Source of the DNA: Candidatus Omnitrophota bacterium
GTDB lineage: Bacteria; Omnitrophota; Gorgyraeia; Tantalellales; Tantalellaceae
Direction of reading: 5' to 3'
NCBI GenBank assembly: GCA_043816025.1
Contig: JBDRIH010000048.1
Location: forward strand, 1 to 51,928
Length of the DNA: 51,928 nucleotides
Positions 9,302-18,536 of the stretch are shown piece after piece. The first letter of the stretch is position 1. Each line of letters opens with the position of its first letter. The notes under the pieces are model-generated. The model worked only from the letters and a program-made list of their open reading frames with translations, was not told the DNA's origin and searched no databases. The position numbers and the translations under genes were made by a program.

Positions 9302-10675
9302 ATGATCGATATTAAAGGAAAGAAAGTACTGGTTGTCGGTTTGGGCGCAAGCGGGTATGCCGCTGCTGAGTTGCTTTTCCGCGAAGGGGCCAGGGTCAGC
9401 ATCACTGAAATGACCGACACAATGGAGGCAAGACAGTACCTGGAGAAGCTCGCGCCTTATCATCCGCGATTTGAGCTCGCCGGACATACGGAAAGTTTTT
9501 GCGGTGATTGCGAACTTGTGGTCACCAGTCCGGGGGTTGATGTCCGGGCGTTGCCTTTATCCCGTGCCGGGGAGAGACAAATTCCCATTATAGGAGAAAT
9601 GGAATTAGGATCCTGGTTCTGCCGCGCCCCGATTGTTGCTGTAACCGGGACCAATGGTAAAAGTACCACTGTGGAACTCATCGGCAGGATACTTTCTCTT
9701 TCAGGCAGACACACGGTGGTGTGCGGGAATATAGGCAATCCTTTAAGCGGGGAAGTCAGCGGTCTTACCGAAGAAAGCGTGGCGGTAGTAGAGGTAAGTT
9801 CCTTTCAGCTTGAGACGATAAAATATTTTAAACCCTCGATCGCAGTTCTCTTAAATATATCGGAGGATCATTACGAGCGCCACACCGGATACGACAATTA
9901 CAAGGCGGAAAAGTTCAAGATATTTATGAACCAAGCAGAAAGCGATTGGGCGGTTCTCCATTCTTGTTTTTCCGGCGAGGCGATGACAAGCAGCATAAAG
10001 AGCCGGCTTGTGTTTTTTGGTCCGGAGACAGGCGGAGCCGTTGTGGGGGAAAGAGGAATAAGCGTAGAGTGGGGCGGCAAACAGGAGGTCATCATTAAAA
10101 GGGAGGAGGTTCCGTTAAAAGGTCGGCACAACCTGGATAACGTTGCATGTTCTGTTCTCGTTTCCCGCCTCATGGGCGTGGACAACCGCAATATCCGTGA
10201 AGGGATAATGACTTTCAAAGGACTGAACCATCGGTTCGAAAAAATAGGCTTTTTTCGCGGCGTGGAATTTATCGACGACTCGAAAGCCACAAACATAGAC
10301 GCAACCCGGAGAGCCCTTGAATCAATGGATAAAAAAGTGGTCCTTATAGCGGGCGGCAGGGATAAAGGCGGGGACTATCTTTCCGTTTTGCCGGTAGTGA
10401 AAGAAAAGGTAAAAGCTGTGGTGGTTATCGGAGAGGCCCGTGACAGGATAAAAGATGCTTTTTCCCCCGCGGTCCAGATACTTATGGCGGAGAACATGGC
10501 TGATGCGGTAAAGACGTCCTTTAGCGTGGCCGGAGAGGGCGAGGCTGTAATGCTCTCTCCCATGTGTTCCAGTTTTGATATGTTTTCCAGCTACGCCGAA
10601 CGCGGGGAAGCGTTCCAGCGGGAAGTTGCTAACCTGGTTCAAGCTGCAAGCCATAGGCCTCAAGCTCAGGGATGA
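9302..10675 (+). CDS. murD: UDP-MurNAc-L-Ala:D-Glu ligase MurD
   Basis: GLGASG, TGTNGKST, EVSSFQL, DDSKATN and SP.CSSFD motifs; the last ~11 codons run into a heptamer repeat. Confidence 0.95.
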   Translation: MIDIKGKKVLVVGLGASGYAAAELLFREGARVSITEMTDTMEARQYLEKLAPYHPRFELAGHTESFCGDCELVVTSPGVDVRALPLSRAGERQIPIIGEMELGSWFCRAPIVAVTGTNGKSTTVELIGRILSLSGRHTVVCGNIGNPLSGEVSGLTEESVAVVEVSSFQLETIKYFKPSIAVLLNISEDHYERHTGYDNYKAEKFKIFMNQAESDWAVLHSCFSGEAMTSSIKSRLVFFGPETGGAVVGERGISVEWGGKQEVIIKREEVPLKGRHNLDNVACSVLVSRLMGVDNRNIREGIMTFKGLNHRFEKIGFFRGVEFIDDSKATNIDATRRALESMDKKVVLIAGGRDKGGDYLSVLPVVKEKVKAVVVIGEARDRIKDAFSPAVQILMAENMADAVKTSFSVAGEGEAVMLSPMCSSFDMFSSYAERGEAFQREVANLVQAASHRPQAQG

Positions 10676-10701
10676 AGCCCGAAGCCTGTAGCTTGTAGCC
10701 A
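10640..10701. repeat. Self-complementary degenerate heptamer array
   Basis: caagctg caagcca taggcct caagctc ... gaagccc gaagcct gtagctt gtagcca; related to 17072-17148. Confidence 0.7.
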
Positions 10702-10765
10702 ACTTCAGTGAATCGTGAATGGTCTGTGGTCTGGAGTTTGGGTTCTGGTTGGGAATTTGAAAAAG

Positions 10766-11851
10766 ATGAATAACGATGCGAAAATAATACTCCTGGTGGT
10801 ATCCCTCTTGATAATGATAGGGATAGTTATGATGTATTCCTCCAGCGCCGTCTATGCGCACGGGAACTACGATGACAGTATGTATTTTGCAAAAAGACAC
10901 CTGGTGTATTTAACGGCGGGCCTTGTGGTCGCGATATTATGCATGGCGGTCCCGGTCGGCAAGATAGCCGACAGCGCCAGAGGGGTGATGGTTTTTTTTC
11001 TTATACTTCTGGTTATCGTTCTTATCCCGGGTATCGGCAGGGAAATCGCTGGTGCGCGCAGGTGGATACGTTTTTTCGGAGTAGGTTTTCAGCCGTCTGA
11101 GATGGCGAAAATCGCGTTAATAATATACCTTGCCGATCTGACCTCGCGGAAAAGGCATCTTATGCAGAATTTTAAATACGGTTTTCTTCCGCCTTTTTTC
11201 ATTATCGGGCTAACAGGGGGGTTGGTCCTTATGGAACCGGACATGGGCACGTCTGTATCTATATTTTTTATAGGACTTGCTATACTGTTTGTCTCAGGCG
11301 CGCGTCTCAGACATCTCGCATTTATCACAATGGGCATACTTCCCGCGTTGGGCCTGGCGGTGATCTACGAACCTTACCGCCTCAGGCGCATGCTGACATT
11401 TTTCAATCCATGGAAGGATGCCAGGGGGTCCGGTTTTCAGCTTATCCAGTCGTTCATAGCACTGGGATCCGGAGGTCTTTTGGGGGTCGGGCTCGGCCAG
11501 TCGAAGCAGAAACTTTTTTACCTTCCTGAATCGCACACCGATTTTATATTCTCCATAATCGGAGAAGAGCTGGGATTTTTAGGTTCCGCCGCCGTGCTTG
11601 TACTGTTCGCCGTTCTTATATGGTTTTCTTTGAGGATTTCTTTTAAGCTCAGGGACTACTTTGCTTCGCGTGTAGTGCTTGGTATAAGCGTGATGATAGC
11701 TTTTGAGGTTATAGTGAATATCGGCGTGTCTACAGGAATGTTGCCGACGAAAGGGCTTCCTCTGCCGTTTGTAAGTTATGGCGGAAGTTCCCTTGTAAGT
11801 CATCTGGCGGCAGCGGGCCTTATTTTTAACATGGCAAGAGGAGCTGAATAA
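10766..11851 (+). CDS. ftsW: SEDS peptidoglycan polymerase FtsW
   Basis: GARRWI, FQPSE.AK, EPD.G, LPESHTDFIF and SYGGSS motifs; ATG 10766 preferred because the upstream extension is repeat-derived. Confidence 0.95.
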   Translation: MNNDAKIILLVVSLLIMIGIVMMYSSSAVYAHGNYDDSMYFAKRHLVYLTAGLVVAILCMAVPVGKIADSARGVMVFFLILLVIVLIPGIGREIAGARRWIRFFGVGFQPSEMAKIALIIYLADLTSRKRHLMQNFKYGFLPPFFIIGLTGGLVLMEPDMGTSVSIFFIGLAILFVSGARLRHLAFITMGILPALGLAVIYEPYRLRRMLTFFNPWKDARGSGFQLIQSFIALGSGGLLGVGLGQSKQKLFYLPESHTDFIFSIIGEELGFLGSAAVLVLFAVLIWFSLRISFKLRDYFASRVVLGISVMIAFEVIVNIGVSTGMLPTKGLPLPFVSYGGSSLVSHLAAAGLIFNMARGAE

Positions 11852-11852
11852 T

Positions 11853-12956
11853 ATGCGGGTTATTCTGGCAGCGGGCGGCAGCGGCGGGCATATCTTTCCT
11901 TCGGTTGCCCTGGCTGCAGAACTCGAGAAAGCCGGGATTGAAAAGATATTTTTCATTTCGAGTAAGCGACGTCTGGACAAGAACATCTTAAGAAACAGCA
12001 GGCACAGTTGTTTTTTTCTGTCCGCCAACCCCATGCCTTTGAGATTCAACCCGTTCCGTCTTGCGGTTTTCGCTGGAAAACTTTTTATAGACACTATAAT
12101 GTCTATGTATCTTATCGCGAAGTTGCGTCCGGATGTTGTGGTGGGTTTCGGGGGGTACTCTTCCGGGGCCATCGTTGCCGCGGCAAAGATGTTTAATGTC
12201 CCCGTTATCATACACGAGCAGAACCTTCTACCAGGCAGGGCAAATAGGATTTTAAGCCGCTTCGCCGATCGCGTGGCGGTCAGCTTTAAAGATTCAGCCG
12301 GGTATTTTACGCGTGCCGCCGGAAAGGTGTTTTATTCCGGGAACCCCCTGCGGCTTGATATTCTCTCCGGCGACAGGACGGAATCAGCGCGGCGTCTTGG
12401 ATTAGATCCGGAGAAGACGACTGTTTTGATAATGGGGGGTAGTCAGGGATCCTCGTTTTTAAACAGGATCGCTTCCGAAAGCGCCCGTTTTATAAAGGAA
12501 CAGAAAAGCGACGAAGTGCAGTTTATTCACCTTACAGGGAACAAAGACTATGAATATGTGCGACAGTTTTACGAAAAAAACAAGATCGCAGGTAAGGTTT
12601 TTTCGTTTCTTGAAAGGATAGACGAGGCTTATGCCGCCAGCGATCTGGCTATTTCAAGAGCCGGGGCCGCTGCCGTGTTTGAGCTGGCGTTTTACGCTAA
12701 ACCAATGATACTGGTCCCGTATCCAAATCCTAAAAACAACCAGCGGTTTAACGCGATGTATTTTTCGCAAGTGGGAGCTGCTGTCTACAAGGAGGAGAAC
12801 GATCTCTCGGCGGATGATCTGGCCGGCGAGGTCATGAGTATATTAACGGACGCGCAGCGACGTGATCGCATTTCGCAAGCTGCCGGAAGTCTGAGCGCTC
12901 CCGCAGCCGGTAGGATTTTGGCAGAAGAAGTTATTAACTTGGCGGAGAAAAACTGA
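11853..12956 (+). CDS. murG: Lipid II GlcNAc transferase MurG
   Basis: GGSGGHIFP, HEQN, GNPLR, GGSQG and SRAGA motifs. Confidence 0.96.
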   Translation: MRVILAAGGSGGHIFPSVALAAELEKAGIEKIFFISSKRRLDKNILRNSRHSCFFLSANPMPLRFNPFRLAVFAGKLFIDTIMSMYLIAKLRPDVVVGFGGYSSGAIVAAAKMFNVPVIIHEQNLLPGRANRILSRFADRVAVSFKDSAGYFTRAAGKVFYSGNPLRLDILSGDRTESARRLGLDPEKTTVLIMGGSQGSSFLNRIASESARFIKEQKSDEVQFIHLTGNKDYEYVRQFYEKNKIAGKVFSFLERIDEAYAASDLAISRAGAAAVFELAFYAKPMILVPYPNPKNNQRFNAMYFSQVGAAVYKEENDLSADDLAGEVMSILTDAQRRDRISQAAGSLSAPAAGRILAEEVINLAEKN

Positions 12957-12969
12957 TAAAATCTATATT

Positions 12970-14343
12970 ATGAAAAAGATTCATTTCATAGGAATCGGTG
13001 GGATAGGGATGAGTGCCCTCGCAGACATACACCTGGCTAAAGGCGGTATCGTAACAGGGTCTGATTTGAGACCAAACAGTCTGACGGACGAACTGTGTAA
13101 AAAAGGAGCCGTTATATATAAAGGTCATGACGCGGAGAATATCCCGGAAGACGCGGATCTTGTGGTGCGGTCCACCTGTATTCGCGATGAGAATCCCGAG
13201 ATAAAGAAGGCAAGACACTTGGGCGTGCCCGTTATTTTAAGAGGCGAGATGCTTAAAGAGCTTATAGAGGAGGTTCCTTTATCCATAGCGGTTACCGGGA
13301 CACACGGCAAGACGACTACAAGCGCACTCGTAGCGCACATAACGGAACATTGCGGCAAGGACCCAACAGTCGTTGTGGGCGGAGAGATGTCAGGTTTCGG
13401 GGGCAACGCAAAATTCGGCCGTGGTAATATGATCGTCTCGGAAGTCGACGAAAGCGACGGGTATTTCCGGAATATCAGCGCGCAATACGCCGTGGTAACG
13501 AATATAGAAAGAGAGCACATGGAGAACTACGGTTCTTTGGAAAAACTCATAGACGCTTACAGGGAATTTATCGGCAGGATCCCCGCGGACGGATTTTTGG
13601 TATTCAACGGGGAAGATCCCGTGCTTGGACGTATTGCCGGTGACATCGCACCCGGAAAGCTAAGTTTTGGAATCGACGGCGATTTCGACGTGACGTGCCG
13701 CCGCCATGTTCATGCTAATGCGATAACGTTCGATCTCCTCGTGCGCGGCAAAAATTACGGGAGGGTTTCCAGTCCTCTTATAGGGCGTTACAACCTGATG
13801 AATATACTGGCCGCTATAGCCGTGTGTATGCAAGTAGGCCTTGATTTTGACCGTATTGCCGAAGCGGTCAGTTCGTTTCATGGAGTTAAAAGGAGGTTTG
13901 ACTCTGTGGGCAGGATAGGCAACATAGAGGTGATAGAGGATTATGCCCATCATCCGACAGAGTTACGGTCTGTAATCGCCGCGGCCAGGGACCGCTCTTC
14001 GGGCAGAATAGTGACGATTTTTCAGCCGCACCGGTACAGCAGAACACGCGACCTGATGCGCGAATTCTCTGATTGTTTTTACGATTCGGATATCCTTATA
14101 TTAACTGACATATATTCCGCTGACGAAGACGTGATCGAAGAGGTTGCGGTAAGGGATATGTATGAAATGATTGACAGGGAGAGGTTCCAGACGCTTAATC
14201 TTGTGGAAAAAAAGGATATCCCGGGATTTGTCTCAGGACTTGTTCGGCAAAACGATACGATCCTGGTTCTGGGAGCCGGGGATATCAGCGAGATATCAGG
14301 CAATTTGGTCAAGAGAATAGAAGAGAAAACCGATGCTCGTTAA
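12970..14343 (+). CDS. murC: UDP-MurNAc:L-Ala ligase MurC
   Basis: IGIGGIGMS, GTHGKTTT, DESD, DYAHHPTE and FQPHRYSR motifs. Confidence 0.96.
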   Translation: MKKIHFIGIGGIGMSALADIHLAKGGIVTGSDLRPNSLTDELCKKGAVIYKGHDAENIPEDADLVVRSTCIRDENPEIKKARHLGVPVILRGEMLKELIEEVPLSIAVTGTHGKTTTSALVAHITEHCGKDPTVVVGGEMSGFGGNAKFGRGNMIVSEVDESDGYFRNISAQYAVVTNIEREHMENYGSLEKLIDAYREFIGRIPADGFLVFNGEDPVLGRIAGDIAPGKLSFGIDGDFDVTCRRHVHANAITFDLLVRGKNYGRVSSPLIGRYNLMNILAAIAVCMQVGLDFDRIAEAVSSFHGVKRRFDSVGRIGNIEVIEDYAHHPTELRSVIAAARDRSSGRIVTIFQPHRYSRTRDLMREFSDCFYDSDILILTDIYSADEDVIEEVAVRDMYEMIDRERFQTLNLVEKKDIPGFVSGLVRQNDTILVLGAGDISEISGNLVKRIEEKTDAR

Positions 14344-15253
14344 AGAAGTTCGCGATAAGTTGCTCCAGCTGTGCAAAAAGTACGGCGACAGTGTTGTTTT
14401 TGATCACCCGCTTTGCGATCACAGTACTATATCGATAGGAGGGAAAGCCGCCGCGTGGTATGTGCCGTTTTCGCTTGATGGTCTGTGTCGGACGAAGACC
14501 TTTCTCGACGACTCAGGTATAAGGACGATCCCTATGGGTAACGGAAGCAATATATTGATCCCGGATGAGGGATTGGACGCGGTTGTTATAAACCTGTCGG
14601 GCACTATTTTTAAAGAGATAAAGATAGAAGGAAACACGGCTGTTGCCGGTGCCGGTGCCAAATTGGGGACGCTTGTGTCCAATTGCTGCACAAAGGGTCT
14701 GGCGGGACTGGAAGGACTTATAGGAATTCCGGCTACCGTCGGCGGCGCCCTTGTCACGAACGCCGCGTACCGCAGCGCGATCAGCGAACGTCTATCGAGG
14801 GTGTTGGTTCTTAGCGAGGGAGCTAAGGCGGAGTGGGTAGAAAAAAAAGATATACAGTTCGGATACCGCTTTTCTTCCATTGACAGGGGGGAAATCATAC
14901 TTCAGGCGGTTTTTCAGCTTGATGAAGCAAACCCGGATGAGCTGAAGAAGAAACTAAAGCATTATTTTTTTGAAAAGATGGAGAAGCAACCTCTCACCCG
15001 GAAAACCTTAGGATGTATTTTTAAAAACCCCACAGAAGAGAAACATCCCAGCGGAAGACTTATAGAGGAAGTCAGCATGAAGGGGTACCGGAGCGGCGCG
15101 GCCGAGGTCTCAGAAAAACATGCTAACTTTATAATAAACACCGGCGGAGCAAGTTCGCGGGATGTGACGAATCTCATGGACGAGATACGTGTAAAAGTGC
15201 GGGACAAGTTTTCCATAGAGCTTGAGACGGAGATAGAAGTCTTAGGAGCTTAG
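14333..15253 (+). CDS. murB: UDP-N-acetylenolpyruvoylglucosamine reductase MurB
   Basis: G.GSN.L, GIPATVGGA..NA, G..FKNP and HANFIIN motifs. Confidence 0.94.
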   Translation: MLVKEVRDKLLQLCKKYGDSVVFDHPLCDHSTISIGGKAAAWYVPFSLDGLCRTKTFLDDSGIRTIPMGNGSNILIPDEGLDAVVINLSGTIFKEIKIEGNTAVAGAGAKLGTLVSNCCTKGLAGLEGLIGIPATVGGALVTNAAYRSAISERLSRVLVLSEGAKAEWVEKKDIQFGYRFSSIDRGEIILQAVFQLDEANPDELKKKLKHYFFEKMEKQPLTRKTLGCIFKNPTEEKHPSGRLIEEVSMKGYRSGAAEVSEKHANFIINTGGASSRDVTNLMDEIRVKVRDKFSIELETEIEVLGA

Positions 15254-15264
15254 CGGAGACATAA

Positions 15265-16212
15265 ATGGATAAAGAACTTGATATGCTTAAAAAGTATAAG
15301 ATCGGCGTGCTTGCCGGCGGAAGCTCCAGCGAAAGAGAAATAAGCCTTAAAAGCGGGAAAGCCGTCTTCGGGGCATTGCAGGGGAAAGGTCTGAACACGG
15401 TCTTCATCGATGTGGAAGAAGATAATTTCTCTTCACTGGTCGACCGCCCAGGTATAGATGTGGCTTTTATCGCTCTTCACGGCAAGTTCGGAGAGGACGG
15501 GACTGTTCAGAGAATTCTGGATGAAAGAAGCGTTCCTTATACGGGGTCCGGTCCGGAACCGTCACGCCTCGCACTTGACAAAGAGGCCTCGAAAAAAATA
15601 TTCGAAGATGAAGGGTTATGTGTTCCTGAATACAGGGTCGTGCGCGCGGGGGAAGATGTTTCACGTTTGGATATCACCTTTCCATGTGTGGTCAAACCCA
15701 GGTACGAGGGATCAAGCATAGGGCTGTCCATCGTTCCTTCGAGGGACCTTATGCGCGGGGCGATAGACAGGGCGGCCCGGTTTGGAGAAAGGATTATTAT
15801 AGAAAAATTTGTTTTCGGCAGAGAAATAACGGTGGGGGTACTTAACGACAGAGCATTGCCCGTTGTGGAGATTATTGCGGCTGGCGGGGTGTATGATTTC
15901 AGCGCAAAATACTATTCGGACGATACGGAGTATGTTGTGCCGGCAAAACTTGATAAAGATGAGTATCTTCGCGCGCAGGAGACGGGTTTAAAAGCGCACA
16001 GGGCTCTTGGGTGCGAAGGTTTTTCGAGAGTGGATTTAAGGTTGTCGGACCGGGGCGATATCTTTGTTCTGGAAGTTAACACGATTCCCGGTCTTACCGA
16101 GAGAAGCCTGCTTCCGATGGCTGCGAAAGCGGAAGGCGTGGATTTTTCCGAGTTATGTGTTAAGATGCTTTTGGGAGCGATCTCAAAAAACGGCAAAGTA
16201 GGGCACGTTTAA
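15265..16212 (+). CDS. ddl: D-alanine--D-alanine ligase
   Basis: GG.S.EREISL.SG, LHG.FGEDG, GSS.G and LEVNTIPG motifs. Confidence 0.96.
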   Translation: MDKELDMLKKYKIGVLAGGSSSEREISLKSGKAVFGALQGKGLNTVFIDVEEDNFSSLVDRPGIDVAFIALHGKFGEDGTVQRILDERSVPYTGSGPEPSRLALDKEASKKIFEDEGLCVPEYRVVRAGEDVSRLDITFPCVVKPRYEGSSIGLSIVPSRDLMRGAIDRAARFGERIIIEKFVFGREITVGVLNDRALPVVEIIAAGGVYDFSAKYYSDDTEYVVPAKLDKDEYLRAQETGLKAHRALGCEGFSRVDLRLSDRGDIFVLEVNTIPGLTERSLLPMAAKAEGVDFSELCVKMLLGAISKNGKVGHV

Positions 16213-16227
16213 ACGTGCCCTACTTTG
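16194..16227. repeat. 34-bp perfect palindrome, GTAG/GTTTAAAC REP-like family, copy 1
   Basis: caaagtagggcacgttt|aaacgtgccctactttg; contains the ddl stop codon. Confidence 0.85.
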
Positions 16228-16260
16228 GTTTGCTCAAAAGGGGGCAAATAAGGAGGGAAA

Positions 16261-17058
16261 GTGGCAGGTAAAGGAACTTCAAAGAAAACGAAAAAGAAAA
16301 AACGCATAAGCGAGTTTTTATCCGGGAAGATTTTTTCGATAAAGCTGATTATTATTTTTATTTCTAGTCTAGTAGTGTTGGCAGGCGCCTTTTTAGGAGC
16401 TAAGTACCTTTTTCTTAACAGTCAGTTTTTTACGATTAAAGAGATCGAGGTAAACGAGTCTCGTGGCAGCTCTTTCAGAGAAGGCAAACAAAAGCTCGAA
16501 AAGTTCTATGTCGGACAGAACATATTTACTGTTGACCTGAAACAGGCACAGGCGCTGATCAAAAAAGATTTTCCGGAATTAAGGAAGATCGAGGTAAGAA
16601 GAAATCTGCCAGATGAACTGGAGATCGATATTCTTTCGAGGGAACCCATAGCCGTCATAGCCGCCGGTAAAGGTATTGTTATAGACAGGGAGGGAGTGGT
16701 CCTTGCCCTCGGAGAAGGTGCCGGAGCTTTGGTGAAGATAAAGGGGATCAAATTTTTTCTCATCAGGCCTTCAAGGGGGGAAAAGATCAAAAGCGGTATT
16801 CTGAACAAGGGACTGGTGCTACTTGAGGGCCTCCGCAAAAAGATGCGTAAAAATGAAAAGGACATAGAATACATGGATGTTTCCGACCGCAACAACATAA
16901 TACTCGGCATTCGTGGCGTAACGATAAAGATGGGAACGGACGATTTTTCCAGAAAAATCGATGAGTTAAAAGAAATATTGAATGACTCCAACATAAACTT
17001 GAAAGACATAAATTACATCGACCTCAGGTTTGAGGATCCGGTTATTTCGCCGAAATGA
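16261..17058 (+). CDS. ftsQ: Cell division protein FtsQ/DivIB
   Basis: Basic N-tail, TM helix, POTRA-like region (FTIKEIEV...VRRNLPDEL.I) and C-terminal YIDLRF. Confidence 0.88.
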   Translation: MAGKGTSKKTKKKKRISEFLSGKIFSIKLIIIFISSLVVLAGAFLGAKYLFLNSQFFTIKEIEVNESRGSSFREGKQKLEKFYVGQNIFTVDLKQAQALIKKDFPELRKIEVRRNLPDELEIDILSREPIAVIAAGKGIVIDREGVVLALGEGAGALVKIKGIKFFLIRPSRGEKIKSGILNKGLVLLEGLRKKMRKNEKDIEYMDVSDRNNIILGIRGVTIKMGTDDFSRKIDELKEILNDSNINLKDINYIDLRFEDPVISPK

Positions 17059-17071
17059 TCGGTTTTAGTTG

Positions 17072-17148
17072 CAAGCTACAAGCCACAGGTTTCAAGATTC
17101 AAGCCTGTAGCCTATGGCATGTAGCCTGTAGCTTGAGGCCTGCAGCCG
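17072..17148. repeat. Eleven in-phase degenerate heptamers forming a fold-back
   Basis: caagcta caagcca caggttt caagatt caagcct gtagcct atggcat gtagcct gtagctt gaggcct gcagccg. Confidence 0.8.
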
Positions 17149-17160
17149 ACAAGGAGAACA

Positions 17161-18213
17161 ATGAGTAAACGTTTTGCCGCCTTGAATGTGGGGTCCGGCG
17201 AGATCACCGCCGTTGCCGCAAGATGGAATAAGAACAGGGATTATATAATAGAAGGTTTCTGTCGCGTCAGGTCGAAAGGTTTCCGCGAAGGCATGGTTGC
17301 GGATGCCGCCATGGCAACCGACTCCATAGCCGAGGCGTTAAAAAAACTTAAGGAACGGACGGGTAAAAAAATCCAGGATGTATATGCTGGGGTAAGTTCC
17401 ACATCTATAAAGGTAATACCGTCCAGCGGGGTACTGCTGCTTTCCAAGTACGGCAGGGAGATCTCCGAGAGGGACATTAGAAAGTGCATGCAGATAGGTT
17501 CGACCATCAAAATACCGCTTGATAAAGAACCGTTGCACAGAATCGTGCGAGGTTTTTCTATCGACGAGGAGAAAGAGATAAAGAATCCGCTGAACCTGGA
17601 GGGGGTAAAGCTGGGAGTTGACATGAATATCCTGATGATCAATTCATCCACGCTGCGCAACATGTCAAAATGCATCTCCCACGCGGGATTCGTCCCTGCA
17701 GGATTCGTATTTTCGGGTCTTGCCGCCGCCTACAGGGTTCTCGCCGAGGAGGACAGACAGACGGGTGTCGTCCTGATGGATATCGGCAAGGACCTTATGG
17801 AAATAATGGTATTTTGCCGCGGGATATTGACAAGTTGCAAAGTTTTTCCGGTCGGGACGGATGAATTACTGTCAAAAGACGGCAGCATCAACCTTGACAG
17901 TTTAGAGAAAACGCTCCCGCAGATCGTTTCATTACCGGGATGGGGGAAGGTCCGCAAGGTTATGGTGATCGGCGAAGGAGCGCTTATGGATAATCTGACC
18001 GAGTCATTGGAGGGACTTTTCGGGCTTTCCGTTACGGTCGGGACGTGTATCGTGAAACCGTTTGAAGAACTTCCTCCTGAAAGAACGGGATATATCGGCA
18101 GCCTGGGAATCCTGGATTATCTCCAGCAAGAAAACCAGAGACAACGCCGTGACGGCAACATAATAAAAAGAATCCTCGATAGTATCCTCACCTTCCTCAA
18201 CCACTACTTCTAA
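17161..18213 (+). CDS. ftsA: Divergent, internally deleted FtsA-like protein
   Basis: Follows ftsQ. Has SKGFREGMV.D, a 1C domain (IKNPLNLEG), VL.EEDRQTGV..MDIG and a C-terminal amphipathic helix. Only 350 aa, with degenerate ATP motifs. Confidence 0.85.
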   Translation: MSKRFAALNVGSGEITAVAARWNKNRDYIIEGFCRVRSKGFREGMVADAAMATDSIAEALKKLKERTGKKIQDVYAGVSSTSIKVIPSSGVLLLSKYGREISERDIRKCMQIGSTIKIPLDKEPLHRIVRGFSIDEEKEIKNPLNLEGVKLGVDMNILMINSSTLRNMSKCISHAGFVPAGFVFSGLAAAYRVLAEEDRQTGVVLMDIGKDLMEIMVFCRGILTSCKVFPVGTDELLSKDGSINLDSLEKTLPQIVSLPGWGKVRKVMVIGEGALMDNLTESLEGLFGLSVTVGTCIVKPFEELPPERTGYIGSLGILDYLQQENQRQRRDGNIIKRILDSILTFLNHYF

Positions 18214-18354
18214 TTCTAAGCATATAGAATTAGCCAGAAATTTCAGTACGGTTCCCGAACCCTGCTTGGACTTTACAGAACAGTGTGATATAGAGATAAT
18301 CCATAGGAAAATAAGCTTAAAAGGCGGTAAAGTGCCCTCCAGATTATTATAATT

Positions 18355-18382
18355 GGGGATTCGAATCTCTCGCCCTCCCCCA
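18355..18382 (+). other. Degenerate tRNA 3'-end-like relic (possible att site)
   Basis: gggga-ttcgaat-ctctc-gccctcc-c-cca has exact T-arm + 7 nt + discriminator + CCA spacing; no 5' half found. Confidence 0.45.
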
Positions 18383-18536
18383 AAATTTTTACTAAGTGCA
18401 CCAAACATGTAGATGCGGTATAATTAAAACATAATATAAGGCAGAGAGATACAGGAAATGAATGTTTGAGAGAGACAGATTATATTGAAGGACAAATGAG
18501 AGAATATCAAATAATAAAAACAAGGGGAGATAGCAT

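Noticed and set aside
10715-10765. N-terminal extension of FtsW
   Set aside because: It is encoded by a heptamer repeat run; ATG 10766 is more plausible.
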